A DNA stretch of 64,000 bases from Malacoraja senta (Eukaryota). A program made the translations under genes and the position numbers. The stretch lies in the NCBI GenBank assembly GCA_038087875.1, contig CM075996.1:9736001-9800000 (forward strand), given 5' to 3'. This document shows, piece after piece, positions 50,773 to 61,439 of this stretch. The first letter of the stretch is position 1. Each line of letters begins with the position of its first letter. A model generated the notes under the pieces. That model worked only from the letters and a program-made list of their open reading frames with translations, was not told the DNA's origin and did no database searches.

Positions 50773-52620
50773 TTAAAACCTGCAAATCAACAAATCCAAA
50801 TGATCATATAATGGATGTTGTTCCCCTGTTACAGGGTGCAGCAATAAATTACTCCTTTTTGGGACTTTCATCAACATTTGTGTTGTTAATTCTAATATCA
50901 ACGGATACCATGGCTGTGTAGGCCAATCTGGTACTACCAATACCCCTGAAGCAGCATCTTGCCTGATTTTAAGCAAACATTGGCTTATGAGGCAGAAAGG
51001 TGGAAATATATATGAAAACATACCACCCCAATGTAGCGAGAAAGCATCAATCGCCACTGCTCCTGGATCTGGTTCCCATGAGACATATCTCGATAGCTGA
51101 TGATTCAAGTCGATGTCTGGCATTCCAAATCTGATTACTATGTCATTGAATACCTCTTGATTCAACATCCATTCTTTATTATCATGGAACTTTCGTGACC
51201 TGGTGTCTGCTATCGTGTTCATTCTACCTGGTAGATAGATAGCTGAAATCCAAATGTTCTTTTCAATACACCAAGACCAAAGTTGATTAGCCATTTTGTC
51301 ACATGACACCGACTTAATTCCACCCATATCATTAATATAGGCAACTGCTGTTGTGTTTATCAATTTGAACTTGAACATGCCTTTTAGTTGTGTTAGAACA
51401 ATAAGCTTGGAGTCCATAGAAACAGCCTAAAAGCTCCAAATAGTTAATTCCCCATGTCTGCAGTAACAATGACTCTTCCTGATTCCATCTGCCTCCGCAG
51501 CTAGATGTTAAGTCAATTGCACCCCATCCTAGTTACACGACTGCCGGACCGGGGCTCCACGAACATGGCCGCCGCACCGCACCCTACTCACCCCGTCGCC
51601 TCACCGGGCTGGTCGAACCGCGCCGCCCCACCGACCATCCGCCTACCGGGACCTCCCACGCATCGCCCGTGGACCCCGACTCTACTGCCTACGGCCCCGA
51701 CCATCCGGTCCGCCGACCCTCGCCACTGCAACGCCCCCCAGCCCCCCTGACCCTGACTCCACTGCCCGAGGACTCCTACCGTCGGGTCCGCTGACCCTCG
51801 CCACTGCACCTCCCTCCAGCAGCCCGCAGCCGTCGCCTCACCTGCAAACTGGACTCTGTACTGGGCCTGAAGCCTCCACGCTGCTCACTCCCACTCTCCG
51901 GGGTTTGACTCCACTGGGTCCTAGCGCTACTCTGCCTAGCCCTGGTTATCTCAGTGTTAGTTCACTGATTCTTCCCCATCCCTCTCCAACTATGGGACCA
52001 CTTCTCTTCCACACCCACACCACTGCCCTCTCACTCCCCCACCCCCTGACCACCCACCACCCCCCCACCACACATCGCCTCGTCCCCATTCCACCCACCT
52101 GCCTTCCTCCGACCCCAACCCCCATCCCTGCCGGGTGTTCACCATCCCCCCCGACCTCCCCCTCTCCGACATCGAACGGTCTGTCCTCAGCAGAGGTCTT
52201 ACCTTTGTCCCCCTCCGTCCCCATCTCAATGAGTTCCGTGCCCTCCATGACTTGGAACGCTTCTACCGTCGCCTCCGCCTCACAGCTCACTTCCATGGGA
52301 AGGAGTCCTCGCTCCCCACTGATGACCCCTTTTCCCGTCTCCAACGCACCCCATCCTCATGGAACCCCCCTCGTAGCCTTCCGGCATAAAAAAGAAGAAA
52401 AAAAAAGCTCCATAGATGCTGCTGCACCCGCTGAGTTTCTCCAGCATTTTTGTGTACCTTCGATTTTCCAGCATCTGCAGTTCCTTCTTTAACACTAGTG
52501 CACTGGCATCAGTTTGTAATATCATGGAAGGTTGTTCAATCAGCACTTTGCCGGAACTGCTTGAGACATGTAGAATCCACCACTGCAGATCAGAAACAGC
52601 ATTTGTTGTTAGTTGCATGG
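50773..52620 (-). pseudogene. DIRS RNase H plus DAM-methyltransferase-like domain, split by nested insertion
   Basis: QTDASAL|GWGA, NTTAVAYINDMGG, IYLPGRMNTIAD, AIDAF..YIFPPF..VVPDWPTQPWY. Confidence 0.88.
51534..52494 (+). mobile_element. Internally deleted Penelope element nested in DIRS RNase H
   Basis: VFTIPPDLPLSDIERSVLSRGLTFVP (Penelope ORF N-terminus) joined through an A-rich linker to a pLTR end; TSD CTAGT 51529-51533/52495-52499. Confidence 0.85.
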
Positions 52621-52639
52621 TTCTATCAAAATGACCAGC

Positions 52640-53620
52640 ATTAATTCTCAGTGCCTGTTGTTTAACTCTCTGCAGCTGTTGATAATGTAATGGTCCGCAC
52701 TGGACTGCTGGGAATCTACTAATTTTCCCAGTACTCGAGCCACCTGTCTGATTAAGGGTTTTTGCTCGTTTAACAGATTACTGCAATCTTTAATCAACTC
52801 CACCCTTTTTTCACTGGGCAAAGTAATTTTCATTTGGGCTAAATCAATTGTGAACCCCAAATAATCAATCGAGGTACATGTTGTTAACCTTGATTTCTTT
52901 GGATGAATTTAGAAAACCCCAAACTTTCAAAAGTTGATTTCACAACTGCAACAGATGCTTCTGTTGACTGTTTTGTCCTTCCTATAATCAGGACATCATC
53001 CAAGTATGCCATTAGTACATGCCCCTGGCTTCTCAGCAACCCCAGAATTGATTTAAACAATTTTGTGAATATTCTGGGAGGGAACGTTAACCCATTAGGC
53101 AGAGCTTTGAACTGCCCTAACTGGTTCATCCATGTAAATTTAAGATACTTCATATCTTCGAAGTGAACAGACACTGAATAATATACATCTTTTAAATCTA
53201 TAGTTGCCATAAAACATGCTTCTGAGATAAGTTGTTTGGCAGTACAAATGTCTCCATTATAAAATGTCTGTTGAACAAAAGGATTCAGACTTGTCAAGTC
53301 TATAATAATCCCACATCCTCCATCCTTTTTTGATCGAGGGAATATATTTGACACAAATTGGTGAATTTGGTAGACTGATTCTTCAATAACACCTTTTATA
53401 TATAGGGTTTGAAGCGCAGCTTGAACCTCCATCACTTCTTTTTGTGCAAAGTGGAGAGTTCTGCTAGGAACATGCTGGACAGGCAAATCATAATTTGGAT
53501 TGAATTCAATTCGAAATCCTTGCCTCCAACTTTTGGACTTAATCCGGTTAATATGTTCCCATGAGAACCAGGTCCACCTACCTCTTGAGTCATTTGAGTA
53601 CTCTGAGATCCCTGGATTTT
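52640..53620 (-). pseudogene. DIRS reverse transcriptase (frameshifted)
   Basis: SNIFPRSKKDGG..IIDL, IDLKDVYYSV, ALPNGL..PRIFTKL, AYLDD. Confidence 0.92.
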
Positions 53621-53666
53621 CCCGGAAGCACCCCCACTGGTTCTTGCTCCCGCTGCAGGCCGCCAA

Positions 53667-54719
53667 CTACGTCCCTGCGTTGATGAGCGACTTGGTCCTG
53701 GTCCAGGATCCGTATGACGTCTGAAAGGATACTTCCTCTTTACAGACTTTACAACCATTGATGTTTTCATCAATCCTGTTTTCCGCTTCATCTTCCAAAT
53801 CTTTAATATGTCTCCCGAGATCCTCTCCAAAGAGCAAGTTGGGTAAGTGTATATTACTTGGTTTGCAGAGTGCTGCGAATTTCGGATTCATAGTAGGCCG
53901 TATAGCACCTTTCCTCAGACAATTGATCTCGAAGTGGGTGCTGCATAGCAACCCCAGTGCTTCCTGATGCAACTCCGTCAACTCTTGGCTTTTATCTGCT
54001 ATTCTGGTAAAAGCAGTTATTCCAGAACCCAGCAGCTTTAATATTCTCTGCAATTTCAATTCTTGAGTTCTCATACTCAACTCATATTTTCTTGCATTCT
54101 CATCCATCTCCTGCTGTTCCAGCTGATGGGAAACCAAGTAATTTATTAGGGAGGCCAATTCTTCTCCTAATGGCTCTCCTGACCCTGACGGGGCAGCGAA
54201 TCGTACTGCCAGGGATGGAACATCTGGCAGCTGCCGTTCTTCGCCTTGTACAGCCTCACCGTCAGAGTCGGGATCTGAAATCTCATGACCCGTGGCACGC
54301 TCCTCATCCCTGAGGGTGCATTCTATCAGCCCTGTACCAGGAGCTGTTGAGCTGCTTTCAGCAGCTTGGATTTCAGTACACTCTTACCTGAGTGTGCTTC
54401 GCTCCAACAGTCTATGTAGCAGGCTTTCCATTTGGGCAATACGCTTAAAAGCAGTATCTAGCCCTGGAGCTTCTTCCATTTCCATTTCCTGGGACTCCTC
54501 CTCCGTGGCCCGTTTCGATTTGAACTTGGCCTTGCGCCCGACAGGCGCTGACTGCCCCAGGTCCACAGTCGCTATGCTCACCGCTGGCGACTGTACCGGG
54601 GTTAGAGGCGGTTGGTCGCTAACCGCAGACTCCCGACTTTCCCGACTTTCTGTCGGCTGAGTCGCTCGCCTCTTCCCCCTGCCCGTTTTTTCCATGGCGT
54701 CTGTGGAAAAAATCCCCAC
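53667..54719 (-). pseudogene. DIRS gag-like ORF1 with one in-frame stop
   Basis: ORFs 54384-54719 and 53667-54158 share a frame; LKLQR..LFGEDL motifs typical of DIRS gag. Confidence 0.75.
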
Positions 54720-55037
54720 AGACCCACAGTAAACGGACCTGAAAATACTGAAAAAAGTTTCTACTTACCTTGTTGTTAAAAAAACTACAAATCCATTAGA
54801 GGAGCTCTGCTCCTCACGTCCGTTTGCGTCAAGGCGTCTGACGTAATGACGCGCAGGCGCATTGGCGGGGTCTTCACGTAGTCACTCACGTGACTCCGAA
54901 GTAAAATGTAGTTGGTAGACTGGTGGGAGAACTGGGAAGGGGGAGGGGATGGAGAAGGAAGGGCTATCTGAAGTTAGAGGTCAATGTTCATACAGCTGGG
55001 GTGTAAACTATCTAAGTGAAATATGAGGCGCTGTTAA

Positions 55038-55667
55038 TAGACAATAGGTGCAGGAGTAGGCACTCGGCCCTGCAAGCCAGCACCGCCATTCAATGTGATC
55101 ATGGCTGATCATCCCCAATCAGTACCCCGTTCCTGCCTTCTCCCCATATCCCCTGACTCCGCTATCTTTAAGAGCCCCTCTCTCTAGAAAGTATATAGAG
55201 AACCGGCCTCCACCACCCTCTGAGGCAGAGAATTTCACAGACTCACAACTCTCTGTGAGAAAAAGTGTTTCCTCATCTCCGTTCTAAATGGCTTATTCTT
55301 AAACTGTGGCCCCCTGGTTCTGGACTCCCCCAACATCGGGAACATGTTTCCTGCCTCTACCGTGTCCAAACCCTTAATAATCTTATATGTTTCAATAAGA
55401 TTCCCTCTCATCCTTCTAAACTCCAGGGTATACAAGCCGAGACGCTCCATTCTCTCAGCATATGACAGTCCCGACATCCCGGGAATTAACCTTGTGAACA
55501 CTCCCTCAATAGCAAGAATTTCCTCCTCAATTTAGGGGACCAAAACAGCACACAATACTCCAGGTGTGGTCTCACTAGGGCCCTGTACAACTGCAGAAGG
55601 ACCTCTTTGCTCCGATACTCAACTCCTCTTGTTATAAAGGTCAACATGCCATTCGTTTTCTTCACTA
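55038..55667 (-). mobile_element. CR1 LINE 3' fragment
   Basis: [26 protein letters not shown]. Confidence 0.9.
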
Positions 55668-56340
55668 TTCCTCCAATTTGCATCTGAAGTTCTTTCATTC
55701 GATTTAATCCAGCATCTGCAGTTCTTTCTTACACTAAAGAAAGTCAGCAGAATTGACAGCAGAGAGGATCAGGGGTTTTGTGATGCTTTGGATGGTAGAA
55801 AAGCCTATTGTCGTTCCTTCCATGTGTTTGTTATCTGAATAACCATCAAGTGCAGCACTGGAGATGGCTCGCCGACGCCTGGCATGACACTGAGGGCACT
55901 TTCTGGGAAAAAGGGAACAGATTGTTCTCGAGTTGACAGCCAGTTCCGAACTAAGTGTTTGGGAGCCCAGGGAACACAACTCTGAATTGTAACGGTGGAA
56001 TTAGATTCCCAGAGGCTGTGTGGAACAGACTGCCCAGTGGGCACTCGCTGGGTGGTCTGCCCCAAGGGGGCTTCACAGCCAGCGAGATTTGCTGGACCTG
56101 TTTTGATTGCCCATTTTGGTATCCTGCAAACAATGATCTCCAACCCAGGCAAGCAATCTTGGCCCTGTGGGTGTGTATGTATTATTGTCCTCACATCCCA
56201 ACGTTATATAGGTCAGGAAAATACCCTTCAGCTCAACTCTTCCATGTTGACCAACTTGCCACTTGAGCTTCCACGTGTCTGCTTTTGGCAAATCTCTCCA
56301 AACTTATCCGATCTGTCGATGGACACTAAAAGCTGGAGTC

Positions 56341-56832
56341 AATAGACAATAGACAATAGGTGCAGGAGTAGGCCATTCGGCCCTGTGGAATTCTCTGCCT
56401 CAGAGGGTGGTGGAGGCCGGATCTATGTGGATACTTTCTAGAGAGAAAGTTTTAGACAATAAACACTAGACAATAGACAATAGGTGCAGGAATAGGCCAT
56501 TCGGCCCTTCGAGCCAGCACCGCCATTCAATGTGATCATGGCTGATCATCCCCAATCAGTACCCCGTTCCTGTCTGCTCCCCATATCTCCTGACTCCGCT
56601 ATCTTTAAGAGCCCTATCTAGCTCTCTCTTGAAAGTATCCAGGCCTCCACAGGCAGAGAATTCCACAGACTCACAACTCTCTGTGAGAAAAAGTGTTTCC
56701 TCGTCCGTTCCAAATGGCTTACTCCTTATTCTTAAACTGTGGCCCCTGGTTCTGGACTCCCCCAACATCGGGAACATGTTTCCTGCCTCTAGTGTGTCCA
56801 AACCCTTAACAATCTTGTATGTTTGAATAAGA
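56341..56832 (-). mobile_element. CR1 3' fragments (partly rearranged)
   Basis: (AGACAAT)n tails, short inverted piece at 56384-56445. Confidence 0.82.
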
Positions 56833-57134
56833 TGGAGCAGTGGGTGGGTCAGGCAGCATCTCTGGAGAAAAGGAATAGGTGACGTTTCGGTTGGGAGCCC
56901 TTCTTTAGACTGTGTTCTATCTGCTAGTGTGTGTGATGGGCTTGATGGACCAAAGACTGCCCACCATCGCTAATTGGTCCTGACTGATGCCACAAGAACA
57001 TCCTTGGACTGTCTCTCGGGATGTCGAGGTCTCTGAAACTCATTCCAGGCTGCACTGAGGCAACTCCAGCTTAGGTCTTCATTCATTGGCTTGTCAGAAG
57101 GATCTCCATCTCAGTAGATGGAGCAGAGTAAAGC

Positions 57135-57575
57135 TCATGTGATAGGAGCAGAAATAGGCCATTCGGCCATCAAGTCTACTCCACCATTCATTCACGGCTG
57201 ATCTAGCTTTCCCTCTCAACCCCATTCTCCTACCGTCTCCCCGTAACCCGACACCCGTACTAATCAGGAATCCATCTATCTCTGTCTTAAAAAATATCCA
57301 TTGACTTGGCCTCCACAGCCTTCTGTGGCAATGAATTCCAGATTCACCACCCTCTGACGAAAGAAATTCCTCATCTCCTTCCTGAAGGAACGTTCTTTTA
57401 ATATGAGGCTGTGGCCTCTGGTCCTAGACTCTCCCACTAATGGAAACATCCTCTCCACATCCACTCTATCCAAGGTTTTCACTATTCGGTAAGTTTCAAT
57501 AAGATACCCCCCCATCATCCTTCTAAACTCCAGCGAGTAGAGGCCCAGCGCTGTCAAACATTCATCATAGGTTAA
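57135..57575 (-). mobile_element. CR1 3' fragment
   Basis: [23 protein letters not shown]. Confidence 0.88.
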
Positions 57576-57719
57576 AAAGTGTCAGGCCTTGGCCTCCTGG
57601 CACGGAAAAGACCTCCATTTCTTGCCGGCCACAGAAATAGAAGCCGGCTGTAGCCAGCCACTGGTGGATGCAGGTCAGTGCCCGGTTTCTGGTGGCTGCC
57701 AGGTTGTCCCCAGCTCTTG

Positions 57720-58038
57720 GGTGGTCTCGGTGGTGCAGCGTTAGAGCTGCTGCCTTACAGTGAATGCAACGCCAGAGACCCGGGTTTGATCCTGACTACA
57801 GGTGCTGTCTGTACGGAGTTTGTACGTTCTCCCCGTGACCTGCGTGGGTTTTCTCCGAGATCTTCGCTTTCCTCCCACACTCCAAAGACGTCCAGGTTTG
57901 TAGGTTAATTGGCTTGGTAAATGTAAAGATTGTCCCTAGTGGGTGTAGGATAGTGTTAATGTGCGGGGATCGCTGGTCGGCGCGGACCCAGTGGACCGAA
58001 GGGCCTGTTTCCACACTGTATCTCTAAACTAAACTAAA
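57720..58038 (+). mobile_element. HE1-like SINE
   Basis: Head-core-tail. Confidence 0.9.
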
Positions 58039-58896
58039 CCCTGCCCCATCTGTGTTGCAAGCACGAGTCCTGATCACAGCTACTGACTTCTGTGTAAGGA
58101 GGTGATTTCCACTCATCCCTCATGCTTCCCTCCAGTAACCTGCCAGCCACGCTGGGTGGGTCTGTGGTGAAGGCAGCATCGCTGGCAAAGTGGTACCGCT
58201 CGTAGAGCTGCGGCCTCACAGCACTGGAGACCAGGGTTCAACCCTGACTTCGGCTTCTGCCTGGGTGGAGTTTGCACGTTCTCCCTGTGACCGCATGGGC
58301 TTCTTCCCACATACCCACAAATGTGTGGGTTTGCATGTTAATTAGCCTTTAGTAAATTACCCCTGAAAGTGAGATAATGTAGAATAATGTGATTGGCGGG
58401 TGAGAAATCGAGGGGGGAAGGGAGGGGCCAAGAGCTGGCGAGGGGTATTGGGGAGAAGGCGGGAGAATGGGGTTGAGAGGGAGAGATAGATCAGCCATGA
58501 TTGAATGGCGGAGTAGACTTGATGGGCCGAATGGCCTAATTCTGCTCCTAGCACCTATGAAGTGATGGGTGCAATGGGGCAAGGGGTTGATTGGCCGATG
58601 AGTCAAGGTGTAGAGCGAGGGGTGGAGATAGTGACCGAGGCTGGAGGTGATAAGTGGAGACGGCAAATGGTGGATTGGATCAATTCCAGATCTGGTCTCC
58701 TTTGAAGTTGCTGGGCCCCCAGCCTTGGTGTTGCTGTGACCTGTATCTACCCAGCGGACAGCTCTTGTGGAGCCGGACCTGCCGACTGTTTCCACCATTG
58801 TCTGGTTTTACCTCAGACTTCCGGCACCTGCAGTAATTTGAATTTTCAGCGTCTGTCTAGCAGTGGCATGAGGAGATGTTTCGCCAGTCTTTTACT

Positions 58897-59200
58897 TTAG
58901 GCTTTAGAGATGCAGCACAAAATCAGGCCCTTCGGCCCACCAAGTCCGTGCTGACCAGCGATCACCCATACGCTAGCCCTATCCTACACACACCAGGGGG
59001 AATTTACAATTTTTACCAAAGCCAATTAACCTATAAACTTGCAGGTCTTTGGAGTGTGGGAAGAAACCAGAGCACCCGGAGAAATCCCACACGATCACGG
59101 GGAGAATTTACAAACTGCGTACAGACAGCACCCGTGGTCAGGATCGAACCTGGGTTCCTGGCGCTGTAAGACAGCAACTCTCCCGCTGCGCCACCGTGCT
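58897..59200 (-). mobile_element. HE1-like SINE
   Basis: Reverse complement of consensus. Confidence 0.87.
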
Positions 59201-59434
59201 GCCCCCTATGGTCTGAGATTGGTACCAGTGGAAGAGGCTCAGTTGATGACTAATTTCAAAAGCCTGTTTCCATGCAGTATATCTAAAACTAAAAGACCTC
59301 ACTCGCATAGGTCGTGTGGGGAGGCAGGCCCAGCCCGCCATCTCATGCAACTCCTGGACTTCTGCATTTGTCCGCATCAGCTTCCTGATCTCCAGCTTCT
59401 TCCATGGGTGCCTGGAACAACCTCGACAACTGTG

Positions 59435-59922
59435 TGGCACAGTGGGCGCAGCGGTAGAGTTGCTGCCTCACAGCGCCAGAGACCCGGGTTCTTTCCTGAC
59501 TACGGGTGCTCCGGGATCTTTGGTTGCCTCCCACACTCCGACGACTCCAAAGATCTTGGTCACGGGGAGAAACGTACAAACTCCGTATAGACAGCATACA
59601 GGTTTGTAGGTTAATTGGCTTGGTATAAATGTAAATTTAAAATGTAAAAGTCTGTAGCCTCGTTTTGCTCTGCTATTTCATTTCATTCTTCACGTGCTTA
59701 AAATACAATGTTTTATTTTTAATCGTCTACTGTATATCGTGTTGTTACTTGCGAGCAAAGCACCAAGTCAAATTCCTTGTATGTATACATACTTGGCTAA
59801 TATAATGTATTTCATTCTCCCTAGTATGTGTATGATAATGCTAGTGTGCAAGGATGACTGATCGGTACGGACTCGGTGGGCCAAAGGGCCTGTTTCCGTG
59901 CTGTATCTCTAAACTAAACTAA
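59435..59922 (+). mobile_element. Rearranged HE1-like SINE (internal inversion plus inserted LINE tail)
   Basis: Core segment inverted at ~59558-59596; foreign tail ~59650-59815. Confidence 0.7.
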
Positions 59923-60643
59923 GCTTCAGTGCATCTCCCCTTCTGTGAGGGTAGTGTACGTTCCCATGTCTGGGGCCAGTGTGCAATGGCTCCCCTTTGC
60001 TTTCCCCTTCCCCCTGTCTTGGTGTGTGATCACCTCATACAACACACTGTCCCACCCTTCCAAGCCAACCACAGACCTGTCTCGCCCAATGTAAATGAAG
60101 ATTAAGCAGGACCTGGCAACCACCCCCTGGCGCCTGCCCTGAGAGTTAAGCGTTGGATGCCAGCAGCAGGAGCGATGGCTGGGTTACTCGTGAAATGAGG
60201 ACAGGGACCCAATAGTCGGATTTGCGGGACATTGATGAACAGCCTTTGAGACTTGAAACTAGTGCATGGTTTCAGTCAGCAGGCGTCAAGTGAGGCTGTC
60301 ACGCAGCTCCAGCAGAGCAGGTTCAGCTCATCGTGCACCGAATCCCTCAGCTGCTCCACGACAGTGCTTTATAATGGGCACTGGTTAGATCCTGTTCTCT
60401 GCTTCAGGCTACAAGGCAGAATCCACATAGGATTTGAAACACAGTATTCTCAAAGGAAACTCCGCTTGCTAAGACTTACCAGAAAAGTGAAGGGTTTTAT
60501 GCTCCGTTAAGAGTCTCAGTCTAAGTCCCACGGGTCGACAGAGTGGTGCAGCGGTAGAGTTGCTGCATTGCAGCTCGCAGACCCGGGTTTGATCCAACTA
60601 CGGGTGCTGTCTGTACGGAGTTTGTACATTCTCCCCGTGCCCT

Positions 60644-61307
60644 GGGAGAACAACACCGGGTGGTGCCAGCAATGGCTGCCTCGCCAACAGTCTGTCTGTC
60701 CCTTCCTTCTTTGAGGGGTTTTAGTATGTGGTAAATGTATGTTTTAGTGTTCTTTAGCTTGTTTTTATGTGGAGAGTGGAGATTGGGGGAAACTGTTTTT
60801 TATCTCTTACCTCAACAGCGATGTGATTTTTTTCCGTATTGTATTCCCGTCCGCACTGCGGCCTAACATCAAGGAGCTGGCGGCCTTTGCTGGAGGCCGA
60901 CTTCGGGAGCTCCAACCGCGGGAGCCTGCGGACTTTAACATTGTTGAGCTTGCGGTCCCTGGTGGGAGACTGATTTCGGGAGCTCCAGGCCACAGGAGCT
61001 TCAACCGCCCCGATGCGGGAGCTTCGATTGCCCTGACACGGGAGCTTCGACCGCTGGCTGCGGGAGCTCCGATCGCCCCGACGGATGGTTCGACTGCCCC
61101 AACCGCGAGAATAAAGAGGAAGAAGATTGGACTTTATTACCTTCCATCACAATGAGGAATGTGGGGAATCCACTGTGGTGGATGTTTATGTTAACTTTTA
61201 TGTAGTTGTGTGTCTTGGTGCTTTTTGTTTACTATGGCTGTATGGTAATTCAAGTTTCACTGTACCTTAATTGGTACACGTGACAATAAACTGACCTTTG
61301 AACCTTT
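60644..61307 (+). mobile_element. GC-rich non-coding retroelement with Rex1-type tail
   Basis: Internal GGGAGCTTCGA-like repeats, hairpin 61143-61182, TTTCAC-hairpin-GTGACAATAAA end; TSD-like TGCCCTG/TGACCTG. Confidence 0.7.
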
Positions 61308-61439
61308 GACCTGCGTGGGTTTTCCCCGGGTGCTCCGGTTTCCCCCCACACTCTAAAGACGTACAAGATTGTAGGTTAATTGGCTTCGGTAAAGATTGTA
61401 AATTGTCCCAATTGTGTAGGATAGAGTTAGTGTATGGGG

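Larger units (their letters stand above)
49295..54907 (-). mobile_element. Full-structure DIRS1-like tyrosine-recombinase retrotransposon (inactivated)
   Basis: ITRs (49365-49398 vs 54847-54879), ICR 49522-49635 complementary to both termini, gag-RT-RNaseH-MT-YR order. Confidence 0.95.

Noticed and set aside
50773..51417. Horizontally acquired bacterial/phage DNA methylase next to a phage integrase
   Set aside because: Both are standard domains of DIRS1-type elements and lie within ITR/ICR boundaries
54381..54390. CAG|GTAAGAG splice donor or programmed stop at the end of DIRS ORF 54384-54719
   Set aside because: The downstream gag is in the same frame and the apparently homologous codon in the second DIRS is sense (LRW), so a nonsense mutation is more likely
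60644..60720. HDV-like ribozyme at the 5' end of the GC-rich retroelements
   Set aside because: Could not assemble the nested double pseudoknot by eye; needs a descriptor search
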